NCBI GenBank assembly: GCA_041640635.1
Contig: JBEPZX010000009.1
Coordinates: 1-51,753, forward strand
From: Aquificaceae bacterium
GTDB lineage: Bacteria > Aquificota > Aquificia > Aquificales > Aquificaceae
DNA length: 51,753 nucleotides
Direction: 5' to 3'
Under the pieces are notes generated by a model. It saw only the letters and a list, made by a program, of their open reading frames with translations, was not told the DNA's origin and searched no databases. Positions 48,875-51,753 of this stretch are shown here, in pieces. Numbering within the stretch: position 1 is the stretch's first letter; every line of letters begins with the position of its first letter. Both the position numbers and the translations under genes were made by a program.

Positions 48875-50799
48875 ACGCCTTTGTTCTTTACCTTCTCAAG
48901 AAGGTAAGATCTGAGTTGCTCCATACTGAAACTTCCCAAATTTCCTTCCTTCTTGCCTCTTACGGAAACGCTCCTTTCATTTAGTTCCTTGTCACCTACT
49001 ATCAAGATGTAAGGGACCTTTTGAAGCTCGGCATCTCTTATCTTGGCGTTTAATCTCTCTTCTCTTGTGTCCGTTTCTACCCTTAAGCCTTCCTTTCTCA
49101 AGAACTCTTCCAACTCTTTTGCGTAATCCGTGTGCCTGTCGGCTATGGGTAGGATGCGTGCTTGAACGGGTGCAAGCCACAGAGGGAAAAGTCCGGCGTA
49201 ATGCTCCAGTAGAACGCCTGTGAACCTCTCGATGGATCCAAGAAGAGCCCTGTGGATCATGTAAGGTCTGTGCCGTTTGTTGTCGGCATCCACGTATTCC
49301 ATGTTGAAGCGCTCGGGAAGGTTAAAGTCAAACTGTATGGTGGAACACTGCCAAAGTCTTCCTATGGCATCCTTTATCTTGACGTCTATCTTTGGTCCAT
49401 AGAAAGCTCCGCCACCTTCGTCTATCTGGTAGTCCAGCTTTAGGCTCTCTATGGCTTTTCTCAGAGATTCTTCTGCCAACTTCCACTGCTCGTCCGAACC
49501 AATGGAGTCCTTGGGTCTGGTAGAGAGGTAAACTTTGAGCTCGTTAAACCCAAAGTCCCTTAGCATGCTTATGGCGAACTCTAAGGTTTCGTGTATGACG
49601 TCTTCCACTTGGCTAGGTGTGCATATTATGTGGGCATCGTCTTGGGTGAAGCCTCTCACCCTCATAAGTCCGTGCAAGACACCCGACATCTCGTATCTGT
49701 AAACGGTGCCCAGTTCCGCAAGCTTGAGAGGCAGTTCTTTGTAACTTCTTATCTTGCTTTTGTATATAGCCACGTGGAAAGGACAGTTCATAGGTTTTAC
49801 GTAGTATTCCTCTTCGTCCACCACCATGGGTGGGAACATGTTTTCCCTGTAGCATGCCAGGTGACCGCTACACTCCCACAGATGCCCTCTTCCTATGTGC
49901 GGTGTGTAAACTAATTGGTAACCTCTCTTTAGGTGTTCTTCTTTCCAGTAGTCTTCGAGAAGCTTTCTAAACATACCACCCTTTGGTAGCCATATGACCA
50001 GTCCGGGTCCCACGTCTTCATCTATCAAGAAAAGCTCGAGCTCTCTGCCAAGCCTTCTGTGGTCTCTTTTTTTGGCTTCTTCGTAAAAGTTCAGTCTATC
50101 TTGGAGTTCTTTTTCTGTCCAAAAGGCTATACCGTATATGCGCTGAAGCATGGGTTTGGTAGAGTCCCCCATCCAGTAAGCACCCGCTATGTGTGTGAGC
50201 TTAAAAGCTCCAGCCAAACCCGTGGATGCCAAGTGTGGACCTTTACATAAGTCTACAAAATCACCTTGCCTGTATACGGATATGCTCTCGTCTTTGTCTA
50301 TTCTGTTTATTATGTCTATCTTGTAACTTTCCCTTAGTTCTTGAAAGAGCTTTATGGCTTCCTCTCTTGGTAGTTCCTCTCTCACTATGGGATAGTTTCT
50401 GTTTATTATCTCTCTCATCTTCTCCTCTATCTTGGGTAGGTCCTCTTCTGTAAGTCTCTTTCCTTCCACCTCTACGTCATAGAAAAACCCGTCTTCCGTT
50501 GTGGGTCCTATGCCAAGGTGCACCACCTTTTCGCCGTATAGCTCTTTGAGAGCCTGTGCCATGATGTGAGCTAAAGAGTGTCTGAGTATCTCCAGACTCT
50601 TTGGGTCATCTTTGTATATGGGCGCTACCGTTCCGGACTGCTTTATGGGTGTTTGGAGATCTATTATTTCGCCGTTTATCTCTCCACCTATGGCGTTTTG
50701 TATGTTTGCCAACTTAAAGACTTCACCCAGTTTTGTGCCAGCTTCCACCTCAAAGACTTTATCCTGAACTTTTATCTCTATCTTATCTACCTCTACCAT
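48871..50799 (-). CDS. thrS: Threonine--tRNA ligase
   Basis: RHSLAH, DLCKGPH, RDHRRLG, KPMNCP, RVRGFTQDDAH, GAFYGPKID and HRALLGSIERF motifs. Confidence 0.98.
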   Translation of the reverse strand: MVEVDKIEIKVQDKVFEVEAGTKLGEVFKLANIQNAIGGEINGEIIDLQTPIKQSGTVAPIYKDDPKSLEILRHSLAHIMAQALKELYGEKVVHLGIGPTTEDGFFYDVEVEGKRLTEEDLPKIEEKMREIINRNYPIVREELPREEAIKLFQELRESYKIDIINRIDKDESISVYRQGDFVDLCKGPHLASTGLAGAFKLTHIAGAYWMGDSTKPMLQRIYGIAFWTEKELQDRLNFYEEAKKRDHRRLGRELELFLIDEDVGPGLVIWLPKGGMFRKLLEDYWKEEHLKRGYQLVYTPHIGRGHLWECSGHLACYRENMFPPMVVDEEEYYVKPMNCPFHVAIYKSKIRSYKELPLKLAELGTVYRYEMSGVLHGLMRVRGFTQDDAHIICTPSQVEDVIHETLEFAISMLRDFGFNELKVYLSTRPKDSIGSDEQWKLAEESLRKAIESLKLDYQIDEGGGAFYGPKIDVKIKDAIGRLWQCSTIQFDFNLPERFNMEYVDADNKRHRPYMIHRALLGSIERFTGVLLEHYAGLFPLWLAPVQARILPIADRHTDYAKELEEFLRKEGLRVETDTREERLNAKIRDAELQKVPYILIVGDKELNERSVSVRGKKEGNLGSFSMEQLRSYLLEKVKNKGV

Positions 50800-51113
50800 A
50801 AAGGTTAATTATATACCTTAGGTAGGATTATTGTATTTATGCTTAGGCATACTTGTATCAATAGACGTTATTAATAGTCAAACTCGGAAAACCAACTTTC
50901 AGTGTTTTAACGGAACTTCCTAGCGGGTGTTGGATAATCCATTAACTCAATATGGAAATCCTTTACCTTCAGATGGGTTTTGTGGATGGTTCCTTTGCCT
51001 GATACATAGGATACCTGTACTTTTTTTTTCGAGGCTCTCTTTTTCTTCTTTCAACATAATTTCCAGAGTCCCTTTAAGGGTTTATGGTAAACGCTTTAAC
51101 TTATACTTTAATT

Positions 51114-51753
51114 ATGTCCGTATACATAGGGTGCAGCGGATTTTTCTACAGAGACTGGTTAGGTAGCTTCTACCCAAGCAACATAAGAAGAGAGGATATG
51201 CTAAGGTATTACGAGAAGTTCTTTGCCGTCTTGGAGCTAAACGCTCCTTTTTATAACTTTCCCAGAAGGGAAACCATAAAAAACATACTCAAAAGGTCAA
51301 AGGATCTAAGATTTTCCATAAAAGCCAACAGAGTATTTACACACCTGAGAAGTTACACAGATCAAGACGTAAAGAACTTCATACATGCCATAATGCCTAT
51401 CATAGAACAGGAGCGCTTTATAGCTATACTTTTTCAGTTTCCAGAAACTTTTCATTACTCTGAGCAGTCTTTGGAATACCTGGCAAAGCTTTCTAAGCAC
51501 TTTGAAGACATAACAAAGGTTATAGAGGTAAGAAGCAAGAGTTTTAGAAAAAGCGAGTTTTATGATTACGTATTCAACTTGGGCTTTTCTTTGGTTAACG
51601 TAGATGCCAACAAGAGTGGGAAGTTCTTAGTGGGACCATGGAAATCCGTAGGAAGCATAAACTATGTAAGGATTCATGGACGTAATGAAGAGAACACTTA
51701 CGACTATCTTTACTCACTAGATGAACTAAAAAAGCTTAAGATGAAGATAAAAT
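51114..51753 (+). CDS. DUF72 (YecE-like) protein, 3'-truncated by the window edge; absent from the ORF track
   Basis: Manual translation gives MSVYIGCSGFFYRDW...FYP...ELNAPFY...IKANRVFTH...LFQFP...EVRS...YVRIHGR...YDYLYS. The frame is open to the end. TATACT lies 6 nt before the ATG. Confidence 0.9.
   Translation, partial: MSVYIGCSGFFYRDWLGSFYPSNIRREDMLRYYEKFFAVLELNAPFYNFPRRETIKNILKRSKDLRFSIKANRVFTHLRSYTDQDVKNFIHAIMPIIEQERFIAILFQFPETFHYSEQSLEYLAKLSKHFEDITKVIEVRSKSFRKSEFYDYVFNLGFSLVNVDANKSGKFLVGPWKSVGSINYVRIHGRNEENTYDYLYSLDELKKLKMKIK

Noticed and set aside
50927..51166. 79-aa plus-strand ORF
   Set aside because: It overlaps the real DUF72 start (51114) in another frame, crosses a T homopolymer and the repeat relic, and has no recognisable features.
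1..51753. CRISPR arrays, tRNA or rRNA genes
   Set aside because: No regularly spaced repeats or cloverleaf/rRNA-like sequence was seen in the intergenic gaps. This was checked by eye only.

Overview
Gene-dense chromosomal window from a thermophilic Gram-negative bacterium, most likely Aquificales (Hydrogenobacter/Thermocrinis-like). This is inferred from a DHH-CBS-fused A-adding-type tRNA nucleotidyltransferase, scattered flagellar genes, a short KdtA and a split gcvP. Most genes are housekeeping: rimO, trmD, fliGHI, lpxC, hemD, aroK, purM, bamA, fur, waaA, ino1, gcvH/gcvPA, pyrD, malQ, mobB, plsC and thrS. Other elements are the 3' end of a type II R-M gene, two tandem secreted MBL-fold paralogs, an operon-embedded tyrosine recombinase, an OprC-type copper TonB receptor, and an ODP + soluble chemoreceptor pair. 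There is also a complete Pel exopolysaccharide cluster (pelC-D-E-F-G-A-B) whose pelB is split in two. The most notable signals are: (1) the N-terminal pelB gene has no good in-frame start but is reached from an ATG coupled to pelA via an in-phase A_AAA_AAG -1 slippery site; (2) a diverged ~110-bp repeat lies in the intergenic gaps either side of an apparently GC-richer block; (3) the MBL paralogs show a gene-conversion-like tract; (4) leaderless promoter architecture is pervasive; (5) an uncharacterised triple zinc-ribbon protein and partner end the thrS operon. No rRNA, tRNA or CRISPR array was recognised. All calls come from reading the sequence; no searches were run.
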